Sequence record: DRR378314_195
Length of the DNA: 64,000 bases
Reading direction: 5' to 3' (one strand)
The stretch's first letter is position 1. Each line of letters starts with the position of its first letter. The notes under the pieces were generated by a model, which made no database searches, was not told the DNA's origin, and saw nothing but the letters and a program-made list of their open reading frames with translations. Shown one piece after another: positions 27,569 to 38,700 of the stretch. Position numbers and translations under genes: made by a program.

Positions 27569-28458
27569 GCCGCCTGTTTGCGTTGGGTCACCACCAGCGC
27601 AACGCCGGTAATGGAAATCGCGCCCCCGATCATCGCAAGCACGCCCAATCGTTCATCGAACAACCAATAGGCTTCAAGCGCCGTGACGGGAGGCACCAGA
27701 TAGAAAAGACTGGCCACCTGTGAAGCTGCCCCGCGGCGAATCAGCCACATCAGCAACAGGATCGCCCCGATGGAGACGCCGAACACCAGCCAGATCATCG
27801 AGCCGATGAGCGGCATGGCCCATTCCACCTCTCGCGTTTCAAACGCAAAGGCGCCAACGGCAAAAAACGTTGCGGCGGCGCTGTATTGGATAAACGTGCC
27901 CGCAACCAGATCCGCCTGGGTGCCGTTACGTTTCTGATAGACGGTCCCGAGGGAGATGCCGCCCAGGGACAGCGCAGCCCAGAGCAGTGTCCAGAGAGGA
28001 AACCCGGAGGCGGTGGTGGTACCGCCCCCAAACTTCTCAAGCAATACCAGGCTCACCCCCACCAGGCCCAGCGCGAGGCCGAGCCATTGGCGTACCGAGA
28101 CGCTTTCCTTCAGCACCAGGATGGCTACGGCAGACGTGACCAACGGCTGCAGGCCGACGATAAGCGATACGATTCCCGAGGGCATGCCACCCTGGATTGC
28201 GTAGTAGACACCGCCCAGATAGCAGCCATGAACCAGCAGACCGGTGACCGCGAGGTGACCTGCTCCACGCCAGCCGGGCCAGCGGGTTTTCATTATCCAC
28301 GCCAACACACTAAGCAGCACCAGTGTGAACAGCATGCGGATCAGCAGAAGCGTAAACGGTTCGGCAAAGGGCAAACCGTATTTCGCACCGATGAATCCCG
28401 TACTCCACAACCAGACAAACAGGGCCGGGACAAAGAATGAATAAAAGATCGGTGGCAT
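27565..28458 (-). CDS. DMT/EamA family transporter
   Basis: LWSTGFIGAK, LQPL, SLFYLVPP; about 10 TM helices. Confidence 0.92.
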   Translation of the reverse strand: MPPIFYSFFVPALFVWLWSTGFIGAKYGLPFAEPFTLLLIRMLFTLVLLSVLAWIMKTRWPGWRGAGHLAVTGLLVHGCYLGGVYYAIQGGMPSGIVSLIVGLQPLVTSAVAILVLKESVSVRQWLGLALGLVGVSLVLLEKFGGGTTTASGFPLWTLLWAALSLGGISLGTVYQKRNGTQADLVAGTFIQYSAAATFFAVGAFAFETREVEWAMPLIGSMIWLVFGVSIGAILLLMWLIRRGAASQVASLFYLVPPVTALEAYWLFDERLGVLAMIGGAISITGVALVVTQRKQAA

Positions 28459-28603
28459 ACGGTTAACCGCGGGGCAGACGAATGTGAGTCTGCCCACTGT
28501 AAACCGTAAGTGACAAACAAAACAGATACAGTGAACGGGATTCAGGACCGGTACAGACGATCAGTACACCTCCGAGCAGGCCGACACCCCCGAAAGCGGT
28601 TAT

Positions 28604-29083
28604 TTAAATGCTTTCCTTCTTATCATCCGAGTCGTTCATCAATTTACGCTCGGTCTCATTCCACTGTTCAGACAGCGCCTCATAGGCGTTGGAGAAACCC
28701 TGCTTGGCGCGTTCCCAGGCAGAGGAGGAACTGGCCTGCAGCTCGTCATACCATTGCTGGACGCGCTGCCGCTGTTCCTGAAGCGACTCCAGGCTCTTTC
28801 TTGACCGCTCCCGGGCCGTGTCACTCATGTCGTCCCAGTTCTGGTCCAGTTCTTCCTGAAGGGTGTCGATGCGTTTGTCCAATGCTGCAAGCGTATTTTC
28901 AATGGCGGTTTCCGCCTCCGCTTTCTGATCCGCACCGAACTCTTTCAGTGCCTGCCCGAGCTCGCGGGTTTCTTTTTTCAATGACTCAACCGACGAATCC
29001 CCGGATGATTCCGCCTGCAGAGAACCGGACATACCGAATGCCAGAACAAGTGCCAGTGAATAGCCAAGCTGTTTGATAATCAT
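28604..29083 (-). CDS. Secreted coiled-coil hypothetical protein
   Basis: Signal peptide ending SLQA; acidic amphipathic helices; GGGAG SD. Confidence 0.75.
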   Translation of the reverse strand: MIIKQLGYSLALVLAFGMSGSLQAESSGDSSVESLKKETRELGQALKEFGADQKAEAETAIENTLAALDKRIDTLQEELDQNWDDMSDTARERSRKSLESLQEQRQRVQQWYDELQASSSSAWERAKQGFSNAYEALSEQWNETERKLMNDSDDKKESI

Positions 29084-29304
29084 TGAAAATCTCCCGAATG
29101 TGTTGGGTAGACGATAGCAATCTTCCGCCGTAAACCACACCTTAGCAAACCTTAATAACTCGACAATGAAGGCATTTATTACGCTCAAACAACAGCTTGG
29201 CGCACGAATGATTTGCTTTCTAAGCGTTTGCGGACTTCCACTATTTGTGGGCTCCAGCCCTCTGTGTCACGTTGAATGGGAAGCTACTTAATAGGAGAAA
29301 CATC

Positions 29305-29481
29305 ATGCTCTATTGGGCTATTGTATGCCTGATCGTCGCGGTTATCGCCGGTGTTCTTGGTTTTGGCGGTATCGCGGGGACAGCCGCAGGGTTCGCGAAA
29401 ATTCTGTTCTTTATCTTTCTGGTACTGCTGGTTATTTCACTGGTGGTCAATGCTCTTCGGGGCAGAGGGCCAAAACTCTAG
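29305..29481 (+). CDS. DUF1328 (YtjA-like) small membrane protein
   Basis: MLYWA...[25 protein letters not shown]. Confidence 0.92.
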   Translation: MLYWAIVCLIVAVIAGVLGFGGIAGTAAGFAKILFFIFLVLLVISLVVNALRGRGPKL

Positions 29482-29521
29482 AAGTAGGTACGAGAGATAC
29501 GCACGCCCGGCGGCAGAGGCG

Positions 29522-30043
29522 TTACCCTGTCGCCGGGCCCTGCATCACCGTTATCACGTCGTCACACACCTGTTCCTGATTCTTTCCAGCACAGCTGACG
29601 GCGACATCCGCGCTCTGTGAATAGAGCTCAAACCGTTCCGAGAAGAGCTGTTCGAGCGACTGGTCCGGACGCCGGGAGATACCCCGTGCGCTGTAATCGC
29701 CAATACGCTCAAGCACAACGTCTAACGGAATATCCAGAAACACGACCAAACCATCGGCCTTAAGGTGAGTCATGGCCGGCTTGCTGTAGACGGCACTACC
29801 ACCAGTGGATATCACCTGACGCCGCACCGTCAGCTTAAGCAATACCTGCTCTTCGATTCGCCGAAGCGCCTGATAGCCATCGCCGTCAACAATGTCTTGC
29901 AAAGTTCGACCGGCCTCTTCCTGGATCAACAGGTCCGTATCAACAAATCCCAGTCCCAGCCGTTTTGCCAACAACACCCCTACCGTGCTTTTGCCACTGC
30001 CGGGCATACCGATGAGGACAACATTGCTACGGGTAGTGTTCAA
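29522..30043 (-). CDS. Shikimate kinase-like protein (probable TTG start)
   Basis: P-loop GMPGSGKST, FVDTD, VISTGGS. Confidence 0.85.
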   Translation of the reverse strand: MNTTRSNVVLIGMPGSGKSTVGVLLAKRLGLGFVDTDLLIQEEAGRTLQDIVDGDGYQALRRIEEQVLLKLTVRRQVISTGGSAVYSKPAMTHLKADGLVVFLDIPLDVVLERIGDYSARGISRRPDQSLEQLFSERFELYSQSADVAVSCAGKNQEQVCDDVITVMQGPATG

Positions 30044-30221
30044 AGCGACGGACTCCAAGATAGTCACCAACAGTGAGAATTGACCGGCGATATTGAAAAA
30101 AATAACACTTTTGCGACAAACATTGCGGTTTATTCAGATAATGAACGCCGTATAATCCGCTCTATGGCTATTATTCACGAATGCGACCGACCTGTTTGAT
30201 CATGCATTCCAAGAGTAGACG

Positions 30222-30923
30222 ATGATACGCGGTAGAACCCTTTTCACTTCCTCGCTGGCTTTCCTGCTACTGGTCTTCGCTGCACCGGTATCGGCGGACA
30301 GTATCAAGCGCATTGTTCACCCGGACGGCACGGTGGAGTACACCAACGTGAAGGGCAGCGGCAAGAAGCGTGCGTCGACCAAGGACGAGGTGGTTTACCG
30401 TTATACCGACGACAATGGCGTGGTCGCCTACAGCGGCATCCAGCCGGCGAGCGCCCAGTTCGATGTTATCCGTTTCCACTGCTATGCCTGTGACCCGGAC
30501 TCCAGTGTGAACTGGCGCACCACGCCGCTGTTCCTGACTCCCTATCGAAACGAAATCAGGACTGCCGCCAGCGAGTTCGATGTCGACCCGGCGCTGGTGC
30601 GAGCTGTCATCCACGCCGAGTCCGCCTTTAACGATCAGGCCCTGTCACCCAAAGGCGCCCAGGGCCTGATGCAGCTTATGCCCGCCACTGCAGCGGAGCT
30701 GGGCGTTCGCAACGCCATGGTCGCTCCGGAGAACATTCGTGGCGGGGTTAATTACCTGGCCCGCATGCTCAAGCGATTCGATGGCGACATCCGTCTTGCA
30801 ACCGCCGCCTACAACGCCGGGCCAGGCGCCGTTGGACGTCACGGCGGGATACCACCCTATGCGGAAACACGCGCCTATGTAGAGCGGGTCGGCATCCTTC
30901 ACGAGCGCTACGCCAGTAACTGA
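30222..30923 (+). CDS. Lytic transglycosylase (SLT domain) with short N-terminal DUF4124-like segments
   Basis: AES, GAQGLMQLMP, AAYNAG, PPYAETRAYV. Confidence 0.93.
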   Translation: MIRGRTLFTSSLAFLLLVFAAPVSADSIKRIVHPDGTVEYTNVKGSGKKRASTKDEVVYRYTDDNGVVAYSGIQPASAQFDVIRFHCYACDPDSSVNWRTTPLFLTPYRNEIRTAASEFDVDPALVRAVIHAESAFNDQALSPKGAQGLMQLMPATAAELGVRNAMVAPENIRGGVNYLARMLKRFDGDIRLATAAYNAGPGAVGRHGGIPPYAETRAYVERVGILHERYASN

Positions 30924-30928
30924 TCGAC

Positions 30929-31558
30929 CTAACCGAACGCCAGCCAGGCTCCCACCAACACCATCAGGCTACCAGCCACCCGATTCACCGTGCGCACACC
31001 ACCCCCCTGTTTCAACGCCTTGCGCAAGGTCTTGCCGCCATGGGCATACAGCTGCAGACAGAGGAACTCCAGGCCGAGGATGATCAGGATGAGTGCCGTG
31101 AGCTGAGGCGCCATTGGCAGCTTGCTGTCGATAAACGGCGGCAGTAGGGCAATGAAAAACGCCCAGCCCTTGGGGTTGGCGATAGCGGTGACGAACCCCT
31201 GAAGCGCCAATTGAAGGCGCGAGCTTTCCACCGGCTGCGCATCCTCCTCCGGCATCGCCATTTTGCCCCGGGACCGCCACATCTGAACGCCCAGCCAGGC
31301 GAGATAGGCACCCCCCGCGTACTTGAACACGGCGAACGCCGTCGGGTATTTCAACATGAAGGTCGCCACGCCCACAGCCGCTGCCGTCGCCACCAGGGCC
31401 ACGCCCACCAACTCCCCTGCCATCATCCAAAGGGCGCGTTTCACGCCAATGGTAATGCCCAGAGAGAGCGCCAGGGTCATGCACATACCCGGCGTAATGG
31501 ACACCACAAAGAAGGTTGGGATAAACGCGGACAACAAAGCCAGGTTCAGTGACACCAC
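30929..31558 (-). CDS. LysE/RhtB family translocator
   Basis: ITPG, GGAYLAWLG, ANPKG. Confidence 0.92.
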   Translation of the reverse strand: MVSLNLALLSAFIPTFFVVSITPGMCMTLALSLGITIGVKRALWMMAGELVGVALVATAAAVGVATFMLKYPTAFAVFKYAGGAYLAWLGVQMWRSRGKMAMPEEDAQPVESSRLQLALQGFVTAIANPKGWAFFIALLPPFIDSKLPMAPQLTALILIILGLEFLCLQLYAHGGKTLRKALKQGGGVRTVNRVAGSLMVLVGAWLAFG

Positions 31559-31591
31559 GGACAGACTCTCACATTGAAAGAAACGAAACCC

Positions 31592-32293
31592 TTAATTATA
31601 CAGCCCGCGCAGATAATGCAACCCGGAAAGCTGAGCCATCTGCCCACGAATCCATGTCACCCTCTCCCACACATAGGCTGAGGGGCTGGCGGCGCTGAGC
31701 ACTTTCGGGTTGGGAAGAACAGCTGCGAGCCTTGCAGCCTGGGTCTGTGACAACTGACTGGCGGGAATACCGAAAAAGCGTCGGCTGGCCGCCTCGACAC
31801 CATAAATTCCGTGACCAAACTCGGCAATGTTCAGGTAAACCTCCATGACCCGCCGCTTCGGCCAGATTGCGTCGATACTGAGCGCCAACCCGGCTTCCAG
31901 GGCCTTGCGAACAAAACTCCGCCCGTTCCACAAGAACAGGTTCTTGGCCGTCTGCTGCGTGATGGTGCTGGCGCCCCGTAACCCCTGACCGGCCCGATAC
32001 TCGGCCAGCGCCTTGCGAATGGCACCGAAATCCACTCCGTGGTGATACGGAAAACGTTGGTCCTCGCTCGCCACCACCGCCAATGGCATCCATGGGGATA
32101 TATCCTCCAGCCTGACCCATTCCTGCCTCAGTTCGTGGCTGGAACCCGAGAACACATGCCCCAGCATGAAGGCGGAGGTGGGCGGATTCACAAACCGGAA
32201 CAGGACAATCAGCATGACAATAAGCAGCAAGAGGCCAGCCAGTGCCCAGGCAAGTGTACGTAAAAATGTTCGGATCAGGGAACGTTGAGCCAC
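31592..32293 (-). CDS. mtgA: Monofunctional biosynthetic peptidoglycan transglycosylase
   Basis: EDQRF, RGASTITQQTAKNLFLW, RKALE, YLNIAEFG. Confidence 0.93.
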   Translation of the reverse strand: MAQRSLIRTFLRTLAWALAGLLLLIVMLIVLFRFVNPPTSAFMLGHVFSGSSHELRQEWVRLEDISPWMPLAVVASEDQRFPYHHGVDFGAIRKALAEYRAGQGLRGASTITQQTAKNLFLWNGRSFVRKALEAGLALSIDAIWPKRRVMEVYLNIAEFGHGIYGVEAASRRFFGIPASQLSQTQAARLAAVLPNPKVLSAASPSAYVWERVTWIRGQMAQLSGLHYLRGLYN

Positions 32294-32358
32294 AGTAGTA
32301 TTATCAACCGGTTCTGGAAATCTCGGAGAATGTTGGAAAAGACTATAACATTGCCCTT

Positions 32359-33051
32359 ATGAAGCTTTCCCGAATTCTCAGTAATCAAAACGGCGTCAGC
32401 CGCAAACAAGCCAACACCCTGATTGCGGCCGGCTCGGTGACCGTAAACGGTACAACCTGCCAGGAAGCAGCCAGGGAGGTGAACCGATTTGCCACTGTCG
32501 CCTGTCGCGGCAGGGTCATCCAGCAAGGCGAGCAGGCTCACTACCTGATGCTGCACAAGCCGGCCGGTTACCTCAGCGCCACGATGGACGACACTCACAA
32601 AACCGTAATGGAGTTGATCGACCCGGCACTGCGACAAGACCTCCATATCGCCGGCAGGCTCGACCGCGCCAGCACCGGATTGCTGATACTGACTAACGAC
32701 GGCGCCTGGTCACGCAAGCTCACTGAGCCGGTCATCAAACTGCCCAAGGTCTACCGTGTCACCACCACGCACCCGATATCAGCCGACGCCATCGAGCGAT
32801 TTGCACAGGGGATATGGTTTGAATACGAGCAGCTAACAACCTCTCCGGCGCAGTTACAGCCACTGAGCGAAAACGAAGCGCGAGTGACCATTTACGAGGG
32901 CCGCTATCATCAGATCAAGCGGATGTTTCACGCCACAGGAAACCGCGTGACCCGCCTCCATAGGGAGCAGATGGGCGCCATCAGGCTGGACCCCACGCTA
33001 AAACCCGGAGAGTCCCGCCCGCTGAATTCCACCGAGATTATTCTGAAATAG
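32359..33051 (+). CDS. RsuA family pseudouridine synthase
   Basis: S4 domain, HKPAG, GRLD, EGRYHQIKRM. Confidence 0.92.
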   Translation: MKLSRILSNQNGVSRKQANTLIAAGSVTVNGTTCQEAAREVNRFATVACRGRVIQQGEQAHYLMLHKPAGYLSATMDDTHKTVMELIDPALRQDLHIAGRLDRASTGLLILTNDGAWSRKLTEPVIKLPKVYRVTTTHPISADAIERFAQGIWFEYEQLTTSPAQLQPLSENEARVTIYEGRYHQIKRMFHATGNRVTRLHREQMGAIRLDPTLKPGESRPLNSTEIILK

Positions 33052-33055
33052 AACG

Positions 33056-33085
33056 TAACAGGGGGTGGCTTCCCACCCCCTGTTA
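33056..33085. terminator. Hairpin terminator between convergent genes
   Basis: TAACAGGGGGTGG-CTTC-CCACCCCCTGTTA, 13-bp perfect stem. Confidence 0.8.
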
Positions 33086-33105
33086 GTGCCCATCATCGAT
33101 GGCCG

Positions 33106-34848
33106 CTACTGGCACTGGCCAGCTTCGAAGACACCATTGTCGCTCTCCTTCACCCAACTGTAGGTTCCAGACAACGCCCCCAGGTAATCGTTAGCACCGG
33201 TGGTGTAGTACCCCCCGGAATAGTATGCCCTGCCAGCCAGGTCATGATTCAGGTGAGAGTCATTCCAGTCCTGGCAGGTGAACTCGCCGCCGGAGCCACC
33301 ATCATCACCGCCTCCGCCGGTTCCGCTACAGGCACTGGGTTCGGAGGTGAACCAGAGCCCCGGATCGCCCTCGTACAAGGTGACGCTGCTCCAGGTATCA
33401 AACGAGCCACCGATATCGACGTCATCGCCGCTGGCATACGCTCGCAGACTCGAGGTGCCGCCTGCATAGGCGCGGTTTGCGGAAATATGAGCGCTGGGCG
33501 AGGCTGTGGCCTGTTCGCAGGTCTCAGTGGGTGCGTTCGGGTCATAAACCTCAACCTGGCGACTTTTTGTGGTGGTATTGCCGTCGCTGTCCGTGGCGCT
33601 ATAGCTGCAGGCGTAGGTTCCAGCGGTCGAGGTGTCGACCTCGCTGCAATCAGCCGTCACCGTGAGGGAACCATCCTCGGCGTCTTCCCCGGTGGCGCCA
33701 GGATCGGTAAACGTCGTGTTGAGGGCCACCGTCATCGGGTTATCGCCGATCAGGGCGATCACAGGAAAGCCTTCCGGCTCACTGCCATCGCGGCTGTGGC
33801 GGTTGAAGAAGTCCCAGATGATATCCGGATAACTGGGCCCCACCCGCACGGACCATTTACCGTTGTTGCCGCTCTCTCCGCCAACCCAGTAATGGCCATG
33901 ATTGGTGTCCTGGGCATTGGGGGTGGACAGGGGGCCATCCAGATAGACGGTTTCAACCACCGATCTCGCTCCGTTGGTGCCGTCCTGCGTGTAACGGATG
34001 TGCTCGCAGCTGTGATTATTCTGGTAGTAGGGTGAACAGGCTACTGATGAGGCGTAGGCCTGGCCCGTGGTCTGGAACCCGGACTCGCCGAAAACCTGCA
34101 GGTGCGCATCACGGGTGTTATCAGCCGCCTCTTTCACCACGGTACAGTCGTTCTCGTTCTGCAACACCATGAGCGGGATCGGATATGGGTCGTCGATTTC
34201 CGACTGCATATCCGATGACACCCGCGATACGCTGTGAAACGTTGCGCTGCCGGGACACTGTCCGGATAACGAGACAGAGGCAGCATCCTCACCGTAGGGC
34301 AAGCCCGAGGCAGGCGCAGCTGCTGCCCAGTATTCGTTGTGGGTCACCGCGGCGACCGTTGCCATGGCCCCGCCGGAAGACAGGCCGGTGATGTAACGGC
34401 GATTGGCGTCAATGGTGTAATTGGACTCAACGGCCAGTGCAATCTGGTGCAGGTCCTCCACTTCGCCGGCTCCTTCATGGCGATGGTGATCGAACCAGAA
34501 GCCCCAACAGTTTTCGTTCCTCAGGCCGTCGTAACGGGTGATGAACGGAGCCACCAGGATGAACCCGTACTCATCGGCGGCCGCTTTCAGCCCCCAGTCA
34601 TTGAGCACGTCGCTGTTGGTCTGTTTGCAGCCGTGCAATGCCATCACCATGGGCGCGGGTGACTGGACATTGTCGGGCACATACACACTGTAGTTCCGTG
34701 CCCGGGACTGATTATAGGACTGCTGTGGCAGCGTGTAGGCATCCGTCTGGCCCGCGAAGGCGGGCAAAGCAGGAATCATCAGGGTTGCGGAAGCAAGCAA
34801 TGCCGATAACGTACCACCGCGTACCTGACGTACGATGAATTGAAACAT
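33106..34848 (-). CDS. phaZ: Extracellular PHB/PHA depolymerase (catalytic domain, Ig-like linker, two substrate-binding domains)
   Basis: Signal peptide; ALHGC oxyanion His; lipase box GLSSGG; GHYW; FTDPGATGEDAEDG linker; SAHISANRAY and LNHDLAGRAY repeats. Confidence 0.88.
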   Translation of the reverse strand: MFQFIVRQVRGGTLSALLASATLMIPALPAFAGQTDAYTLPQQSYNQSRARNYSVYVPDNVQSPAPMVMALHGCKQTNSDVLNDWGLKAAADEYGFILVAPFITRYDGLRNENCWGFWFDHHRHEGAGEVEDLHQIALAVESNYTIDANRRYITGLSSGGAMATVAAVTHNEYWAAAAPASGLPYGEDAASVSLSGQCPGSATFHSVSRVSSDMQSEIDDPYPIPLMVLQNENDCTVVKEAADNTRDAHLQVFGESGFQTTGQAYASSVACSPYYQNNHSCEHIRYTQDGTNGARSVVETVYLDGPLSTPNAQDTNHGHYWVGGESGNNGKWSVRVGPSYPDIIWDFFNRHSRDGSEPEGFPVIALIGDNPMTVALNTTFTDPGATGEDAEDGSLTVTADCSEVDTSTAGTYACSYSATDSDGNTTTKSRQVEVYDPNAPTETCEQATASPSAHISANRAYAGGTSSLRAYASGDDVDIGGSFDTWSSVTLYEGDPGLWFTSEPSACSGTGGGGDDGGSGGEFTCQDWNDSHLNHDLAGRAYYSGGYYTTGANDYLGALSGTYSWVKESDNGVFEAGQCQ

Positions 34849-35078
34849 ATTGAGCTCCTTTATTGGATTTATTGTTCGGCAACGTTGGCACTGAAAGATG
34901 CATGCCAGGATCGCAGGTTGCTGATTTAGCGACTTCCTGGCCAGAGATCGATAGCGGAGATGCCCGGAACCCCGGACAGGGTGTCCCGGTGCCCGGACGC
35001 TCACCAGACTGAACGGGCAGTCATTTCCCCAACTTTCAGGTAACCTGCCCCTATCAGCCCTTACACACAGGAGCCACC

Positions 35079-35723
35079 ATGACCCCAATAACCATCGACA
35101 TCGTTTCCGATATTGCCTGCCCCTGGTGCGCCATTGGTTATGCCCGCCTGGAAAAAGCCATGGACGCCCTGAAAGACGACATGGACTTCACCGTTGCGTG
35201 GCATGCTTTTGAATTGAACCCGGACCCGTCCGGTGACGGCGAACCCATCCTGCCCGCCCTGAGCCGCAAATACGGCCGTAGCGAAGACGAGATGAGGGCC
35301 AACCAGGCGCAGATGATGGACGTTGCCAAAGGGCTGGGACTGAACTTCGAGAAACTTCAGGAGCGCCACACCCGCAACACCTTTGATGCCCACAGACTGG
35401 TGAAATGGGCCGGAGAACAGGGCAAACAGACCGAGATGAAGATGGCGTTCTTCGAGGCCTACTTCGGGCGGGCCGAGAATATCTCCAACCCGGACACGTT
35501 GATCCATTGCGTGGAAACGATTGGCCTGGATGGCTCGCAGGCACGCGAGGTGTTGGCGTCGGATCAGTATGCAGAAGCCGTGAGAGAGGATGAAGCGCGC
35601 TATCAGCAGGCGGGGGTGTCAGCCGTCCCAGCTTACATCATCAACCAGAAATACCTGATTTCCGGCGCCCAGGAACCGGACACCCTGATCAAGGCTTTCC
35701 AGGAAATCGCCGAAACCGACTAG
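35079..35723 (+). CDS. DsbA family oxidoreductase (FrnE-like)
   Basis: SDIACPWC, FELNP, NTFDAHRL, VP, SGAQ. Confidence 0.93.
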   Translation: MTPITIDIVSDIACPWCAIGYARLEKAMDALKDDMDFTVAWHAFELNPDPSGDGEPILPALSRKYGRSEDEMRANQAQMMDVAKGLGLNFEKLQERHTRNTFDAHRLVKWAGEQGKQTEMKMAFFEAYFGRAENISNPDTLIHCVETIGLDGSQAREVLASDQYAEAVREDEARYQQAGVSAVPAYIINQKYLISGAQEPDTLIKAFQEIAETD

Positions 35724-35731
35724 CGAGTCCT

Positions 35732-35762
35732 CGTGACAACGCCCGTCCCTGGGCGTTGCACG
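35732..35762. terminator. Hairpin between convergent genes
   Basis: CAACGCCC...GGGCGTTG stem, extended by CGTG/CACG. Confidence 0.55.
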
Positions 35763-35774
35763 GCAGGTAATCGA

Positions 35775-38700
35775 CTACTCGGAAGCCGCAATCAAGCTGG
35801 CGTTACCACCCGCTGCAGTGGTGTCCACGCACAGGTGGCGCTCAATCACGAATCGCTGGTCGAGCCTGTGCTCGGTAATCAGCGGCAGCAGTGCGCCATC
35901 CCGCATCGCCAGGGCCTGGCGGTATTCCTTCAACAATGACGGTTCCGCACAGCTCACGGCTGCCTGAAAACCGCGCGCCCGGGCCAGTGCCCCTGGCTCC
36001 AGCAGGCCCTCAACACCCACAATCGGCAGGCCGGCCTTGGCGGCACGATCCACGATGTCCTGGGTGCCCGGCGCGATGACAACCACCTTGTTGCCCTGGG
36101 ACAGCGCCATCGCGGCCTGCTCCAGCGCGGTTTCCTTATCCGGGCCGAGGCAGAGCACCACGCCTCGGGCGTGATTGCTCAGGCGATTCAGCTCACCTGT
36201 TGGCCCTGGCAGTTCTTCGGCATGGGCGTCCAGCGGTTCAGGCACGTCACCGAAAATCGGCTTCATGGCCTCGACTCTCGGCTCGGGTGCCGGTGCTTTC
36301 ACATCCGCCACCTTGCCAATCAGCCCTTCGAGCTTCTTGATGTCCACGGTTTTGGCACTGGCATCCGCCGGCCGCTCAACGGTGTCGCCTTTCAGGAACC
36401 GGCGCACATACTGCGGGCCGCCAGCCTTCGGGCCCGTGCCAGAAAGGCCTTCGCCACCAAACGGCTGGGAGCCGACAATGGCACCGATCTGGTTTCGGTT
36501 CACGTAGGTGTTGCCGACTTTTATGCGACTGGCAATACGCTCAACGCGGCGGTCAACACGGCTGTGGACACCGAAGGTCAGCCCATACCCCTTGGCATTG
36601 ACGCTATCAACCACCTTATCCAGGTCCTTGGCCGCGAATGTGGCCACATGCAGTACCGGCCCGAAGATTTCTTCTTCCAGCTCTTCGATACCGCTGACAC
36701 TGATCACGGCGGGAGAGACGAAATTGCCCTTCTCGGGCACGGCCATTTTCTTCATCAGCCGGCCCTTGGCTTCATACTTGTCGCAGTGATCGACAATTTT
36801 CTTCCTGGCCGTTTCGTCGATGACCGGGCCCACATCGGTGGACAGCAACCACGGGTCACCGATGCCCAACTCGTCCATCGCGCCGTAGAGCATTTCCAGC
36901 AGATGGTCGGCAATGTCTTTCTGCACATACAGCATGCGCAGTGCCGAACAGCGCTGCCCCGCACTCTGGAAGGAAGAGGCCAGAACGTCGCGCACCACCT
37001 GTTCGGGTAGAGCCGTGGAGTCCACAATCATGGCGTTCAGACCGCCGGTTTCCGCCACCAGGGTGGCATCAGGGGCCATATGCTCGCTCATTTTCTTGTC
37101 GATGCGCTGGGCCGTGGCGGTGGAACCGGTGAAGCAAACGCCGGCGACCCGCGAATCGGACGTCAACGCCCCGCCCACCGTCGCACCGGTGCCCGGCAAC
37201 AACTGGATCACGTCTTCCGGAATACCGGCCTGGTGCATCAGCTCCACGGCACGCACCGCCAGCAACGAGGTCTGCTCGGCCGGCTTGGCCAGAACGGCGT
37301 TGCCGGCGACCAGGTTGGCGAGAATCTGGCCAGTGAAGATCGCCAGCGGGAAGTTCCAGGGTGAGATACACACCACGACCCCGCGGGACTCACCGCTGTC
37401 TTTGTAGCGAATACCTTCGTTGGCATAGAACTGGGCGAAATCCACCGCCTCACGAATCTCAGCGACGCCATCCAGCAGCGACTTGCCCGCTTCCCGGGTG
37501 GCCAATGCAAAGAGCTCGTAGGCGTTTTCCTCGTACAGGTCCGCAACCTTGCGAAGGCACTCGGCCCGCTCTTCGGCGGATCGGGCGGACCAGGCCTTGA
37601 AGCCTTCCTGCGCCGACGTGATCGCCGTGTCTACGTCCGCCTCAGACGCCTGAGTCACGTGGCCAACAGTGTCTTCCGGGTCGGCCGGGTTACGGACCAT
37701 CTGGACTTCCGCGCCAGACACCTCACCGGCGATGATCGGACCGCCCTTCCAGCGATGATCGCGATAGGCGTCACGGCCCTTGTCGATTTCCGCAATGGTC
37801 ACCGGGTCGGTGATATCCCATCCCTTGGAGTTGCGGCGCTGTTCGCCGAAGAGCTTGAACGGGTGGACGATCGCCTTGCTGGAGATATTGGTCCCCATTT
37901 CTTTGACCGAATCCATCGGGTCTTTGGCGATTTCCTCCGGGGTAATGCGCTTGTCCACGATCTGGTTCACGAATGAGCTGTTGGCGCCGTTTTCCAGCAG
38001 GCGGCGAACCAGGTACGCCAGCAGGTCCTTGTGAGGGCCAACCGGCGCGTAGATCCGACAGGGAACGCCGCTGGTTTTAAGAACCTCGTTGTGGAGGGAT
38101 TCACCCATGCCATGGAGGCGCTGGAACTCATAGTTGTCCACGCCTTTCGACTTGGCCAGTTCAAGCACTGCAGAGACCGAATGGGCGTTGTGAGTCGCAA
38201 ACTGTGGGTAGATGCGGTCCGTCATGTTCAGCAGCTTGGTGGCACAGGACAGGAACGAAACGTCGCTGCATGCCTTACGGGTGAATACCGGGAACCCGCT
38301 CAGGCCCATTACCTGTGCACGCTTGATCTCCGCGTCCCAATACGCGCCTTTGACCAGGCGCACCATGAAACGACGGTCGTACTTTTCAGCCAGCCCATAC
38401 AGCCAGTCCAGTGCAAACGCCGAACGCTTGCCGTAGGCCTGAACCACAACCCCAAAGCCGTCCCAGCCGGCAAGTTCCGGATCAGACACCAGCGCCTCTA
38501 TCACGTCCAGTGAGAGGTCGAGGCGATCCTGTTCCTCGGCATCGATGTTAAAGCCCATATTGGCCGCAGCGGCTTTCTTGACCAATTCCTTGGCGCGAGG
38601 AAGCAACTCATTCATCACTCGCTCTTTGTTACCGTATTCATAACGGGCCAACAGAGCGGACAGCTTGACGGAGATCCCCGGGTTCTTACGCACATCGCCC

